DNA from: Gammaproteobacteria bacterium
GTDB taxonomy: Bacteria > Pseudomonadota > Gammaproteobacteria > Chromatiales > Chromatiaceae
NCBI GenBank assembly: GCA_009929855.1
Contig: RZZN01000017.1
Location: 371 to 64,370, forward strand
Reading direction: 5' to 3'
Length of the DNA stretch: 64,000 nucleotides
A program made the position numbers and the translations under genes. The notes beneath the pieces were generated by a model that searched no databases, was not told the DNA's origin, and worked only from the letters and a program-made list of their open reading frames with translations. Shown piece after piece: positions 36,410 to 46,861 of the stretch (positions within the stretch are counted from its first letter, which is position 1; each line of letters begins with the position of its first letter).

Positions 36410-37339
36410 CTAGAGCCGGTCTCCGAGTCGCAGAAAACTGGCGAAACGCGGTCGACCATGCGCCGTGCGGCCATGATGCTTGAAGGTCACGATACTGCCG
36501 ATCGGTGGTGGCTGTGAGCGCTCGGCATCGCTGAATCCAGTCCCCAGTCGAAAACGGATCCCGTCCGGCTCCTCGACCAGGAGCGCGCCCAGCCGGCCGA
36601 GATGGCGCCCGCGACCGGGCAGATGGGCGATCACTCGCGCCTCGCCCTCCTCATAGGCCTTGACCTTGAGACGGTCCGCCGAGCGTCCGGAGCGATAGTG
36701 CGCATCGCGCCTGTGGAGCATCAGACCCTCCCCACCCGCGGCCGTGACCTGCTCCAGGAGTCGCATCAGGCCGTCATGATTGGCCAGCCTGAATTGCTCG
36801 ACTCGGCACAGGAACGGACTCGGTGAGGTCTCCATCAGCGTCCTCAGCCGTTGCTGACGCGTGCTGAAGTCGCCAGCCTGAGTGGGGAGATCGAAGAGCA
36901 CATAACGAATTCGAGTCCAGTCATCCGGGTCCGGCTCCAGACGTCGCACCGCCCCCGAGAGCGCCGCGAAATTGCCACGGCCCATCCATAGCTCGCCATC
37001 CAGTGGCACTGACGGAAACCCTAGCGTGAACCAGACCGGGGTCTGGACCACACGCCCCCCGCGCGTGATGAGACGCTGACCGTCCCAGTAGGCGCGCACA
37101 CCATCGAGCTTTTCACTCGCCAGATAGGCCGAGAGGTCGGTGCCCGGAGCATAGACGCGCGCAAGCGCGAGGTCAGGCGCCTCCGCCCAATACCGCGACG
37201 CCTCGAGCAAGCGCTCGGATGGCGGCACGCTCCCCCGGTCCAGTTCGGCCGAAGCCGCCAATGCCAGATCACCCGGCGCGCGGAGGATGCCGCTCAAGGC
37301 GAGCGCCAGACCCAATCGAAGACCATGCAGAGACGCCAT
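36410..37339 (-). CDS. Minimal ATP-dependent DNA ligase with N-terminal signal peptide (Lig E type)
   Basis: Adenylation motif I SEKLDGVRAY. Further motifs LDGELW, EGLMLHR and DRLKVK, plus an OB-fold tail GRPRFASFLR. About 280-aa mature size with no extra DNA-binding domain. N-terminus MASLHGLRLGLALALSGILRAPGDLALAAS looks Sec-cleavable. Confidence 0.85.
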   Translation of the reverse strand: MASLHGLRLGLALALSGILRAPGDLALAASAELDRGSVPPSERLLEASRYWAEAPDLALARVYAPGTDLSAYLASEKLDGVRAYWDGQRLITRGGRVVQTPVWFTLGFPSVPLDGELWMGRGNFAALSGAVRRLEPDPDDWTRIRYVLFDLPTQAGDFSTRQQRLRTLMETSPSPFLCRVEQFRLANHDGLMRLLEQVTAAGGEGLMLHRRDAHYRSGRSADRLKVKAYEEGEARVIAHLPGRGRHLGRLGALLVEEPDGIRFRLGTGFSDAERSQPPPIGSIVTFKHHGRTAHGRPRFASFLRLGDRL

Positions 37340-37582
37340 ATTTCACTTTCCGTTGAATTTCGATGGCGCCAATTTACACGGTTCATTAACAAATGCAACA
37401 GCCAAACAACACGACTCGTCAAAATCGACATACAGAGGATCGATCGTGATTGACAAGCCCCACAGGCTGACTGAGTATCCTTCGGCCGTTCGCGGCGCTA
37501 GATGATAACCAGGCCACGAAGATCAACGCGCTTCGACCCACGAGCGCACCGCGATGGCCCCCACACTGGAGGAGACTCTTCG

Positions 37583-38986
37583 ATGCAGTTCAGATATTCA
37601 GCCATTGGACTAGGGGTGCTCTGCGCCCTGACCCTGTCGTCGGCGCATGCGACCAACGGCTACCTCTCACACGGCTATGGCACCAAGAGCAAGGGCATGG
37701 CCGGGGCTGGAATGGCCCTCCCGCAGGATGCCATGATCATCGTCTCGAACGTTGCCGGTGTGGCTTGGCTGGAGGAGCGACTGGATCTGGGCGCGGCACT
37801 CTTCTCTCCGAGCCGCGAATACACTCAGAAATCACCGACCAACATGTATCCACCCGAGGCGATCCAGGCCGGAATGGCCCCGCCTTGGCCGGTGCCGGTC
37901 GGGAGCAATCCCGACTTCACCGGCACCGTTGAGAGTGATCGGGATCTCTTCCTGATCCCGCATGTCGCCTACAGCCGTCCACTCAACGACCGGGGCTCAT
38001 TCGGCGTGGCCCTGTATGGCAACGGGGGCATGAACACCAGCTACAATCATCAGGACACCACCAAGATCCCGGGTACACCCGCCGCCGGCGGCTTGGGAAC
38101 CTATGGCGGGGCCTTCGGCGATCCACCGAATGCCACGGCCGGCATCGATCTGATGCAGCTGATGTTGAACCTCAGCTATGCGCACAAGCTCACCGACCAA
38201 TTCTCGCTCGGCGCGGGCCTCATCCTTGCCTATCAGTCATTCAAGGCCCAGGGACTGCAAGCCCTTGCCCCGCTGGTCGCCGATGGCCGAGCCGACGCCT
38301 TGTCCAATCGCGGTCGGGACAATGTCTACGGCTGGGGGGCGCAGATCGGCGCGCTCTGGAAGCCGACGGATCAGTGGGCGATCGGTGCGTCCTACCAGAC
38401 CAAGATCGACTTCGACCGTTTCGAGAAATATTCAGACCTGTTCGCCGAGGACGGCGACATGGACGCGCCCGCCGTCCTCAATGCTGGCATCGCCTTCAAG
38501 CCGCGCGCCGATCTGGCCTTCGCCTTCGATGTGCAGCACATTCTCTACAGTGATGTCCCGGCGATCGCCAACGACATGACCACCAACATGCTGCTGTGCA
38601 TGGCAGGGCAGGCACAGCATTGCCTGGGTGGTAGTCAGGGCATGGGGTTCGGGTGGGATGACATGACAGTCTACAAGTTTGGCGCCCAGTGGGAGATCGT
38701 GCCGAATGACTGGACCATCCGCGCGGGTTACAGCTATGGCAAGCAGCCCGTGCCAAGCAGCGGTGTCCTGTTCAATGTGCTCGCCCCAGGGATCATCGAG
38801 CAGCATTTCACCATGGGTCTGACCAAGCAGATCAACAAGAAGAGTGAGATCGATCTCTCGCTCATGTACGCGCCTCAAAAGGATCTCGACTGCGGCTGTC
38901 TAGTGCCCGCGTCCGGCGGCCCCGAGTCGATCAACATCGCGATGGATCAATGGGAGATCGAGCTCAACTTCGGCTACCGCTTCTAG
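37583..38986 (+). CDS. Outer-membrane transport protein, OMPP1/FadL/TodX family
   Basis: ORF trimmed to MQFRYSAIGLGVLCALTLSSAHA (GGAGGAG SD upstream). NGYLSHGYGTKSKGMAGAG near the N-terminus. C-terminal beta-signal ELNFGYRF. Confidence 0.85.
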   Translation: MQFRYSAIGLGVLCALTLSSAHATNGYLSHGYGTKSKGMAGAGMALPQDAMIIVSNVAGVAWLEERLDLGAALFSPSREYTQKSPTNMYPPEAIQAGMAPPWPVPVGSNPDFTGTVESDRDLFLIPHVAYSRPLNDRGSFGVALYGNGGMNTSYNHQDTTKIPGTPAAGGLGTYGGAFGDPPNATAGIDLMQLMLNLSYAHKLTDQFSLGAGLILAYQSFKAQGLQALAPLVADGRADALSNRGRDNVYGWGAQIGALWKPTDQWAIGASYQTKIDFDRFEKYSDLFAEDGDMDAPAVLNAGIAFKPRADLAFAFDVQHILYSDVPAIANDMTTNMLLCMAGQAQHCLGGSQGMGFGWDDMTVYKFGAQWEIVPNDWTIRAGYSYGKQPVPSSGVLFNVLAPGIIEQHFTMGLTKQINKKSEIDLSLMYAPQKDLDCGCLVPASGGPESINIAMDQWEIELNFGYRF

Positions 38987-38993
38987 ACCGCGT

Positions 38994-39064
38994 CCCGATC
39001 GCGCCACCCGCTCACGCGCGGCGCGGTGGCGTGCGGGGGATCGGGCTGACCTATCAGTCAGCCC
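38994..39064 (+). terminator. Two overlapping GC-rich hairpins after the fadL-like gene
   Basis: CCCGATC..GCCACC..GGTGGC..GATCGGG, then GGGCTGAC-ctatca-GTCAGCCC. No strong U-tract. Confidence 0.4.
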
Positions 39065-39106
39065 CGCCTCGCCAACGCAGGACTCGCCGCTCGAGTTGAT
39101 GCTGTC

Positions 39107-40027
39107 ATGATGCCAAAGACCCAGCGCTCGGTGCCATTGGGTGCGGCCGAGGCGGCGCGACTCCTGCGCCTGGCCACCTATGCCTCGGTCGCGACGGCGA
39201 GCGCACTGATCCTGGCCAAGCTTGGCGCCTGGTTGGTCACCGGCTCGATCAGTGTGTTGGCCTCGTTGGTCGACTCAGCGCTGGACGTTGGTGCCTCGCT
39301 CCTGAATCTCTTGGCGGTGCGCTGGTCGCTCATGCCGCCGGACGCTGAGCACCGCTTCGGCCATGGGAAGGCCGAGGCATTGGCCGCACTCGGACAGGCC
39401 ACCTTCATCGCTGGCTCGGCGGTCTTCCTCACGATCCAGGCCGTCGATCGACTATTGCATCCGCAACCCATCGAGCAGACCGCTGTCGGCCTGATCGTGA
39501 TCGGCCTGGCGATCCTCTTGACCCTGGCCTTGCTGGCATTCCAACACCATGTCATCCGCCAGACCGGCTCGGCGGCGATCCGTGCCGACTCGCTGCACTA
39601 TGCCACTGACTTGGCGACCAATGCAGCGACCATCGCGGCCTTGTTGCTGGCCACGGCCGGCTGGAGCATGGCCGATCCAGTGTTCGGACTCGCCATCGGG
39701 GCCTACATCCTCTACAGCGCGGCACGAATCGCTCGCGATGCGATCGATCTGCTGATGGACCGCGAGCTTCCCGAGGATCAACGCAGACAGATTCAAGAGC
39801 AGGCACGAGCGGTGCCGGGTGTGCGCGGTGTCCATGGACTGCGCACCCATCGTTCTGGCCGAATCACCCTCATCCAGCTTCATCTCTCGCTCGACGACTC
39901 ACTTGCGCTGATTGAGGCGCATCGGATCGGTGAGGCGGTGGCGCAGCGGATCCGCGCGGACTATCCGAGCGCGGATATCCTGATCCATCAGGATCCGGTC
40001 AGTCTCGGCGAGGAATCACAGGATTAG
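39107..40027 (+). CDS. fieF: Cation diffusion facilitator family Fe/Zn efflux transporter FieF (YiiP-like)
   Basis: SVLASLVDSALD (TM2 metal site), HRFGHGKAE, DSLHYATD (TM5 site), and a C-terminal cytoplasmic domain. Confidence 0.88.
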   Translation: MMPKTQRSVPLGAAEAARLLRLATYASVATASALILAKLGAWLVTGSISVLASLVDSALDVGASLLNLLAVRWSLMPPDAEHRFGHGKAEALAALGQATFIAGSAVFLTIQAVDRLLHPQPIEQTAVGLIVIGLAILLTLALLAFQHHVIRQTGSAAIRADSLHYATDLATNAATIAALLLATAGWSMADPVFGLAIGAYILYSAARIARDAIDLLMDRELPEDQRRQIQEQARAVPGVRGVHGLRTHRSGRITLIQLHLSLDDSLALIEAHRIGEAVAQRIRADYPSADILIHQDPVSLGEESQD

Positions 40028-40172
40028 ATCCTGCGAGCCGCGCCCATTCGAGCCGACTGTCGACGCACCTGCTTCAGCGAGCGATCTCGCTGACAGGGAT
40101 GTATGATGCCACCGGATGGGACCCCTGTTGGGTTATCTTTGAGCGCACCCTGATCAGACCGAGTCGCCTCCC

Positions 40173-40865
40173 ATGCACACTCGCCTCCCCTCAGTGCTTC
40201 TCTGCACCCTGCTGATGCTCCTCTCGCTGGTCTCGGTCGCCGAGACCCCGGCGCTCGACCCCGGCATCAATGCCTATTACCACGGCGCGGACGAGGCGCG
40301 TTGGCGCGACATCTTCGAGAGTCCTGGCCGAGAGGTCTACGATCAACGCGTCAAGATCCTCGAGGCGCTGGAGCTTCAACCGGGCATGCGCATCGCGGAT
40401 GTCGGTGCTGGGACCGGACTCCATGCCATGGCCATGGCGCGTGCGGTGGGGCCGCAAGGCAAGGTCTACGCCGTGGACATCTCGGAGAGCTTCGTGACGG
40501 CGATCGGGTCACGCGCGGCGACCGAGGGATTGACGAATGTGGTGCCGGTGCTCAGCCAACAGCAGAGCACCGAGCTCGCGCCTGGCAGTGTCGACCTGGT
40601 GCTGACGGTGGACACCTATCATCATTTCGAATATCCGCGCTCGATGCTGGCCTCGATCCATGCCGCCCTGACTCCCGGTGGAGTCCTGGCGATCATCGAT
40701 TTTCACCGTATCCCAGGCATCAGCAGTCGCTGGATCCTGGGACATGTGCGCGCCGGTCGCGAGGAGGTGATCCAGGAGGTCGAGTCGGCCGGCTTCAAGC
40801 TCATCGACGAGCCACTCAAGCTCAGGACCAACTATTTTCTGCGGTTTCGCCGGCTCGATGCCTGA
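40173..40865 (+). CDS. Class I SAM-dependent methyltransferase with an N-terminal signal-peptide-like or anchor segment
   Basis: MHTRLPSVLLCTLLMLLSLVSVAETP, then SAM motif I IADVGAGTG and a post-I acidic residue (VYAVDIS). Confidence 0.8.
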   Translation: MHTRLPSVLLCTLLMLLSLVSVAETPALDPGINAYYHGADEARWRDIFESPGREVYDQRVKILEALELQPGMRIADVGAGTGLHAMAMARAVGPQGKVYAVDISESFVTAIGSRAATEGLTNVVPVLSQQQSTELAPGSVDLVLTVDTYHHFEYPRSMLASIHAALTPGGVLAIIDFHRIPGISSRWILGHVRAGREEVIQEVESAGFKLIDEPLKLRTNYFLRFRRLDA

Positions 40866-40999
40866 TGGTCGGCGGCAGTCGCGCGCCCCGGTCTGATGCG
40901 GCGCGCCCCGCCGTGGGGCTCGCGCACTGATCCCAGCGCTGGCGCCGGCGCGTCCGCGGCTCGCGCGGATGAGCGACGGCACCAACGCCCGAGACAGTG

Positions 41000-42448
41000 T
41001 CAGCGATGGATGTCGATCTGTCTGGACAGTCCCATGCCATCCCTGAATTGCAGCACGCCCACACCGAGCAGACCACCGATCACCATGAAGAGATAGATGA
41101 CCGCGACCGGCTCCTCGAGGAGCGCGAAGGCCAAGAGACCACAGCCCGCACTCAGCTCGAGCAAGCCGTGAGGCCAATGAAGGCCACGCGGGCTCGTGCC
41201 GAGCGCGCCCTTGGGTGTGCGCACGAAGGCGCTGCGCAGACCGACCAGTGCCTCCAGCCCGGCACGGGCATTGGAGAGCAGCAGACCACTGGTGAGAAAC
41301 AGCGCCCCGAGCACCTCGATGGCCGCGGGTCGCAGCGCGAGATTGCCGCCGGCCAATGCCAGGAAGCTGATGGGTACGCTGAACCCGAGGGCCGAGGTGA
41401 TGATCGCCACCAGACCCATGAGCTCGCCCGGGACGGCCGCCCCGGCGATGAAGGGTAGACCCAGCAGGATGCAGGTCGCGCCGACCAGGAAGACCAGCGG
41501 CTGCGCAAGCTGGAGACTGACCATCAGCTTCTGCCAACGCGGCAGGATGGGACTGGCCCAGACGCTCGACACCAGCTTGAAGAAACATTGGGCAAAGCCC
41601 TTGGTCCAGCGAAACTGCTGGGTCCTCCAGGCCCGCACCGAGACCGGCAGCAGACCGGGAACCGGGAGATCCCTGAGATAGGCTGAACGCCAGCCACGCA
41701 GCCGAGCACGCAGACTCAGATCCAGATCCTCGGTGAGGGTATCGCCATCCCAGCCGCCGGCATCATTGATGGCCGCGCGCCGCCAGACCCCACAAGTGCC
41801 ATTGAATGGGACAGGTAGACCAAGTCGCCAGCGCGCCTCTTGCTCGATCTGAAAATGAGAGTCCAACAACCGTGCCTGGATGCGAGTCAACAGGCTGTCG
41901 TTGCGATTGACATGCGACCAGCGTGCCTGCGCGAATGCCAGGCTCGGCTGTGCGTCCAGCACACCGATGGTCCGTACCAGAAAATCACGCGGGGGCGTGA
42001 AATCGGCATCGAAGATGGCGACATAAGGTGCCGTGGAGCGCTCGAGTCCGGCCGCGAGCGCGCCGGCCTTGAAGGCGGTGCGCTTGATGCGGTGCAGGAG
42101 CTCGATCTGATAGCCGTCACGCCGCAGCCGTGCGACGGCACGCTCGCTCAGTGACAGGGCGTGATCGTCGGTGCTGTCGTCCAGGACCTGGATCTCCAGA
42201 CGGTCCTTGGGCCAGTCGAGGGCGACGACCGCGGCGAGCAACGGATCGATGAGGTCGCCCTCGTTGAAGAGTGGCAGTTGCACCAAGACCCGAGGGTGAT
42301 CGAGGCGCGCGGGGGGGGTGGCGATCAAGGGCCGTGTCGGCGCAAGCACCCGCGCAAGCATCAAGGCGACGAGGTTCAGCGAATAGATCGCCAGCAGGAT
42401 GAGACCGAGGGTGAGCAGCAGCTCAACAAGGGGTTCTGCCGCAAACAT
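41000..42448 (-). CDS. Family-2 glycosyltransferase, processive membrane-embedded type (CslA/cellulose-synthase-like)
   Basis: N-terminal TM helix. Motifs DDSTD, FDADF, TEDLDLS and QQFRW (QxxRW). Several C-terminal TM helices. Confidence 0.85.
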   Translation of the reverse strand: MFAAEPLVELLLTLGLILLAIYSLNLVALMLARVLAPTRPLIATPPARLDHPRVLVQLPLFNEGDLIDPLLAAVVALDWPKDRLEIQVLDDSTDDHALSLSERAVARLRRDGYQIELLHRIKRTAFKAGALAAGLERSTAPYVAIFDADFTPPRDFLVRTIGVLDAQPSLAFAQARWSHVNRNDSLLTRIQARLLDSHFQIEQEARWRLGLPVPFNGTCGVWRRAAINDAGGWDGDTLTEDLDLSLRARLRGWRSAYLRDLPVPGLLPVSVRAWRTQQFRWTKGFAQCFFKLVSSVWASPILPRWQKLMVSLQLAQPLVFLVGATCILLGLPFIAGAAVPGELMGLVAIITSALGFSVPISFLALAGGNLALRPAAIEVLGALFLTSGLLLSNARAGLEALVGLRSAFVRTPKGALGTSPRGLHWPHGLLELSAGCGLLAFALLEEPVAVIYLFMVIGGLLGVGVLQFRDGMGLSRQIDIHR

Positions 42449-42782
42449 GATGTATCTCTAGGGGTTGAATTCGGTTGAGAGGCTGGATGTCAGGATTCAT
42501 CATGAACCAGCACATCCAGGGGGATGCGGATGTGCCCGGGGCTGTTCCAGAGGGGGATTCGGAGCCCGAGCCGTCGGCACGGGATTGCGCCGAGCTGTGG
42601 TCAGCATTGGGTTGCGCTCGTCAAAGAACAAGAGATCGAGCGCATGCCATGAAGCGGATGCGCCACGGATCTCAGTGCGCCGGCCGCATCATTCGGACTC
42701 CAACCGCGTCGCGCGCTCGCAAGCGACGGGGGCCGGGCGGTCTCGGCCCAGAGACTGGACCCGACCACCCGGCTCCGAGCGA

Positions 42783-43715
42783 TCACGACCGCGGTGAGTC
42801 AGCGACTTGCTGGATACCGGCGATGAGCCAGTCGCCCGCGGGACTGTCCCAGCGATGCTGGACATGCCAGATCTCGCGGAATGCGTCAGCTGGGCCATGC
42901 TCCTCTTCGCGGATCAAACCGGAGAAGAGGATGCTTGCCACGACCAGATCGCCCTCGCGCAGCACGCCCACCAACTCGGCATCGAGCCGGACCACCTCGG
43001 TGGACTGCGGGCCTTGCGTCTTCTCGCGCTCGCGTTGGAGCTCGGCAAAGAGCTCGGGCGTGGTGTAGGCACGTAGATCAGTGAAGTCGGCGTGATCCCA
43101 GGAGGCTTGCAGACGGATGAAATGACTCTTAGCCCCCTCCACGAACCCGGCATCATCGAACCAGGCCGGAGCATCGTCGTCCCCCGCGGCGGGACCCGAG
43201 CGGGTTCCCATGCCGGCATGGAGCGGACTAGGACGCGCGGAGCGCGACGCGGGCGGGATCGCGGCGCCGCGCTGATAGGCACCGGCACCCGCGGGAGCCA
43301 TCGCGGGCCGGCCCGCTTGACGGCGCAAGAACCGGAACAGCATGAAGCCACCCACGACGAGCAGGAGTATCAGCATGAAGTCCATGATCTGTAGACCTTC
43401 GAAGCCATCGCCGAACAAGAGCGCGGCGAGTAGGCCGCCCGCGGCGAGGCCGGCCAGAGGTCCGAGCCAACGGCTCGCTCCGCTCGCGGCGGGGCGCTGT
43501 GCCGCGGCAGCCTGGGCCTGACCGGGCTGGGCCTGACCTTGCGCCTGTTGCTGGGGCGGACGCTGGGGCTGCGCGGCTTGCCGCTGCATGCCGCTGGACT
43601 GCTTACCGACACTTGACCCTCCGCCAAATCGCTTGGCCTCGACCTGCACCGGCATGGCGAGGGTTCCGATGGTGATCATGGCGATCACGGCGGTGAACAT
43701 GGTCTTGAGTCTCAT
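42783..43715 (-). CDS. Tim44-like domain membrane protein
   Basis: ORF 42783..44330 trimmed to MRLKTMFTAVIAMITIGTLAMP. Q/A-rich linker, TM helix IMDFMLILLLVVGGFMLF, and a C-terminal domain (FVEGAKSHFIRLQASWDHADFTDLRAYTTPELF..EIWHV) that resembles Tim44-like domains. Confidence 0.7.
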   Translation of the reverse strand: MRLKTMFTAVIAMITIGTLAMPVQVEAKRFGGGSSVGKQSSGMQRQAAQPQRPPQQQAQGQAQPGQAQAAAAQRPAASGASRWLGPLAGLAAGGLLAALLFGDGFEGLQIMDFMLILLLVVGGFMLFRFLRRQAGRPAMAPAGAGAYQRGAAIPPASRSARPSPLHAGMGTRSGPAAGDDDAPAWFDDAGFVEGAKSHFIRLQASWDHADFTDLRAYTTPELFAELQREREKTQGPQSTEVVRLDAELVGVLREGDLVVASILFSGLIREEEHGPADAFREIWHVQHRWDSPAGDWLIAGIQQVADSPRS

Positions 43716-44101
43716 CGATACATGGCTCCTGATGTGGTTTGAACGAAATCGGCCAGGTGTGCGCATCATCCCCGTCGCCACAGGCCGCGAGTGCGCCCTG
43801 GCGATCGTGGCCTGACGTTGTCGGCGGAGGGTCATCCATGCGGTCTGAGTGGACCCCCGAGGGTGCGCGCGGCAAGCCGCCGCGCCCAGGAGGTTGGGAT
43901 CAAGACCTCGATTCGATCGGTCTCTTGACCCGAGTGAGCCAGGACGGCCGCTGGTCGGGGTCGGATGAGCGGGGCGCCCGCGCCACTCCTCGCCCAACCG
44001 CACCGGGCCAGGACGAAGACGTCCAGCGCGAGGTGACACGGATGCACGGCGCGGAAGATGGCGCGTGACGCGCGCCCCGAGAAGGTCGACCCGACCTGAA
44101 A

Positions 44102-44903
<802 letters not shown>

Positions 44904-45258
44904 GCCCTCTTGAAGGATCAGCATATCCTGATACGACACCCTGCCACGGACGATGCCGACCCGCCCACGACACTGTGCACCATACCACAGGCGGTCCATC
45001 GGTGGGGAGGTGGCAAGATGGCGCCCATGGCCGCGGCGGTTCACTCGGAGTCGGGGCCGTCAGTCTCCTCACATTGCACGCTCGTCCACAGCCTCGCCGG
45101 CCTTGCCCCAACGCCCGCGTAGACGGCTCACAAACCTCGATCAGCGTCAAGCATTGGTTTGTCGAATTTCAAAAACAATCACTTGCGTGAGCGATCAGTT
45201 CTTGTCCGATCCAATCCGAGTGCAATGACGGTGCCGCCTTAGCGCACTATTGCAGCGC

Positions 45259-45293
45259 CTATCCCCAAACTTATCCACAGATTTTGTGAACAG
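45259..45293. promoter_or_regulatory. Cluster of three DnaA-box-like 9-mers
   Basis: CTATCCCCA (7/9), TTATCCACA (perfect consensus, 45271-45279) and the opposite-oriented TGTGAACAG (7/9), all within 35 bp of a 460-bp intergenic region upstream of coaD. Confidence 0.4.
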
Positions 45294-45364
45294 ATTCACC
45301 GCCGCGGGGCGATCGCGACCGACTCCCCATCCTTGCGCCGCCCCGCGCGCATCGGGCACACCCG

Positions 45365-46861
45365 TCAGTCGCGCCAGCCCGCCAGGATGCGCATGCAGAT
45401 TCGAGTCATCTCGGCGGCGCGCTCGGGGCTGTCGGCCTCGGTGTAGGCCCTGAGCTCGGGCGCATTTCCCGAGGGGCGCAGATGCGCGATCTCGCCACTG
45501 GCAAAGGTGATCCTGAGCCCGTCGGTGACGTCCAGATCGGCCACCGGACCGAAAGCGGCGCCGAAGATCGACGTCACCGCCGCCATGTCGTGCTCGCGAT
45601 CACCGCCGTGGAGTGCCGCGAGCCGAGTCTGGGCAAGCTCGCTCGGAAACCCCTGGAGACGATCGCTCTGGGTGAAGCGTCTGGGCAGATCGGCCGCCAA
45701 TGCCGACACGGCCCGCCCCTGCTCGCACGCGGCGTGCAGGATGCTGAGCGCCACGATGAGCGCATCACGTGTCGGCAGGGCCGAGAGGATCCGACTCGCG
45801 CGCGCGATGGGTGTGGCGAGCAGGAAGCCGCCGTTGGCCTCGTAGCCAACCACCGGATCCAGGCCACGCGCGACCAGCTCCTGCATGCCCTCGATCACGT
45901 AGGGTGAGCCGATACGGGTGCGCAATACGGTCGCGAAGCAACCCGCACGCTCCACTGCGGTATTGCTGCTGACAGGCGTCACCACCCCGCGCGCGCCGAG
46001 CTGGCGCGCGCAGAGGATGCCCGCGAGATCGCCCCTGAGCCATTCCCCGCGCTCGTCACCGACCAATGGGCGATCGCCATCACCATCCGCAGACACCAGG
46101 AGATCGAGCCTGTCCTGCGCGGCCCAGACGCGTGCCAGCTCGATGTCCGCGGGACGGATCGCCTCGGTATCCACGGGCACGAAGACCTCGGAGCGGGCCA
46201 GACGGGTGACGCGCGCGCCCAAACCCTCGAACACATCGACATAGAGGTCGCGCGCGACACTGGAATGCTCATACACCGCCACATGCCGGCCGGCGAAGCA
46301 GCCCGGCGGAAAGAAGTCCAGATAGCGGCTCAGATACTCGCGGTAGGCACTGGGATCCTCCGCGGGCAAGACGGCGGATTGGTCGGTCGCGAAGGCACCG
46401 CTCGCGGCGAAGGCCGTCTCATCGATCTGGATGCGCTGCGCGCGGATGCACTCCTCGTCGCGTTTGAGGATCTCGCCATCCGGTCGGTTGAACTTGATGC
46501 CGTTGCGATCGTCCGGGATGTGACTGCCCGTGACCATGAGTGTCGGCGCGCCGCGCGCGAGCCCCCAGGCCATGACGGCGGGGGTCGGGATCCGACCGAG
46601 ATAACAGGGCCGATAGCCCAGATCACGGATGGCGCGCGCGCAGGCGATGAGGATGCGTGTCGTGCTGGGACGCAGATCACCGCCGATGCCAACCGACGTG
46701 CCCGGCGCGATGGCGCCGCTCGCGCTCAGCGATTGGAGAAAGCCGCAGGTGTAAGCATGACACACCCGATCGGTCATCGCCTCGGCCAAGCCGCGCGCAC
46801 CGCTGGTGCCGAAAGTCACACCGCTGTGGCGCATCAAGTCACCGATCAGCATGACACTCAC
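45365..46861 (-). CDS. Alpha-D-phosphohexomutase family enzyme (phosphomannomutase/phosphoglucomutase-like)
   Basis: FGTSGARG near the N-terminus, active-site Ser loop TGSHIPDDRNGIKF, metal loop SADGDGDR. Substrate specificity is not assignable by eye. Confidence 0.85.
   Translation of the reverse strand: MSVMLIGDLMRHSGVTFGTSGARGLAEAMTDRVCHAYTCGFLQSLSASGAIAPGTSVGIGGDLRPSTTRILIACARAIRDLGYRPCYLGRIPTPAVMAWGLARGAPTLMVTGSHIPDDRNGIKFNRPDGEILKRDEECIRAQRIQIDETAFAASGAFATDQSAVLPAEDPSAYREYLSRYLDFFPPGCFAGRHVAVYEHSSVARDLYVDVFEGLGARVTRLARSEVFVPVDTEAIRPADIELARVWAAQDRLDLLVSADGDGDRPLVGDERGEWLRGDLAGILCARQLGARGVVTPVSSNTAVERAGCFATVLRTRIGSPYVIEGMQELVARGLDPVVGYEANGGFLLATPIARASRILSALPTRDALIVALSILHAACEQGRAVSALAADLPRRFTQSDRLQGFPSELAQTRLAALHGGDREHDMAAVTSIFGAAFGPVADLDVTDGLRITFASGEIAHLRPSGNAPELRAYTEADSPERAAEMTRICMRILAGWRD

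Noticed and set aside
45150-45300. Possibility that the DnaA-box cluster marks a replication origin.
   Set aside because: There is only one perfect box plus two degenerate ones. I could see no AT-rich 13-mer-like unwinding element and no GATC clustering, and there is no dnaA, dnaN or gidA context.
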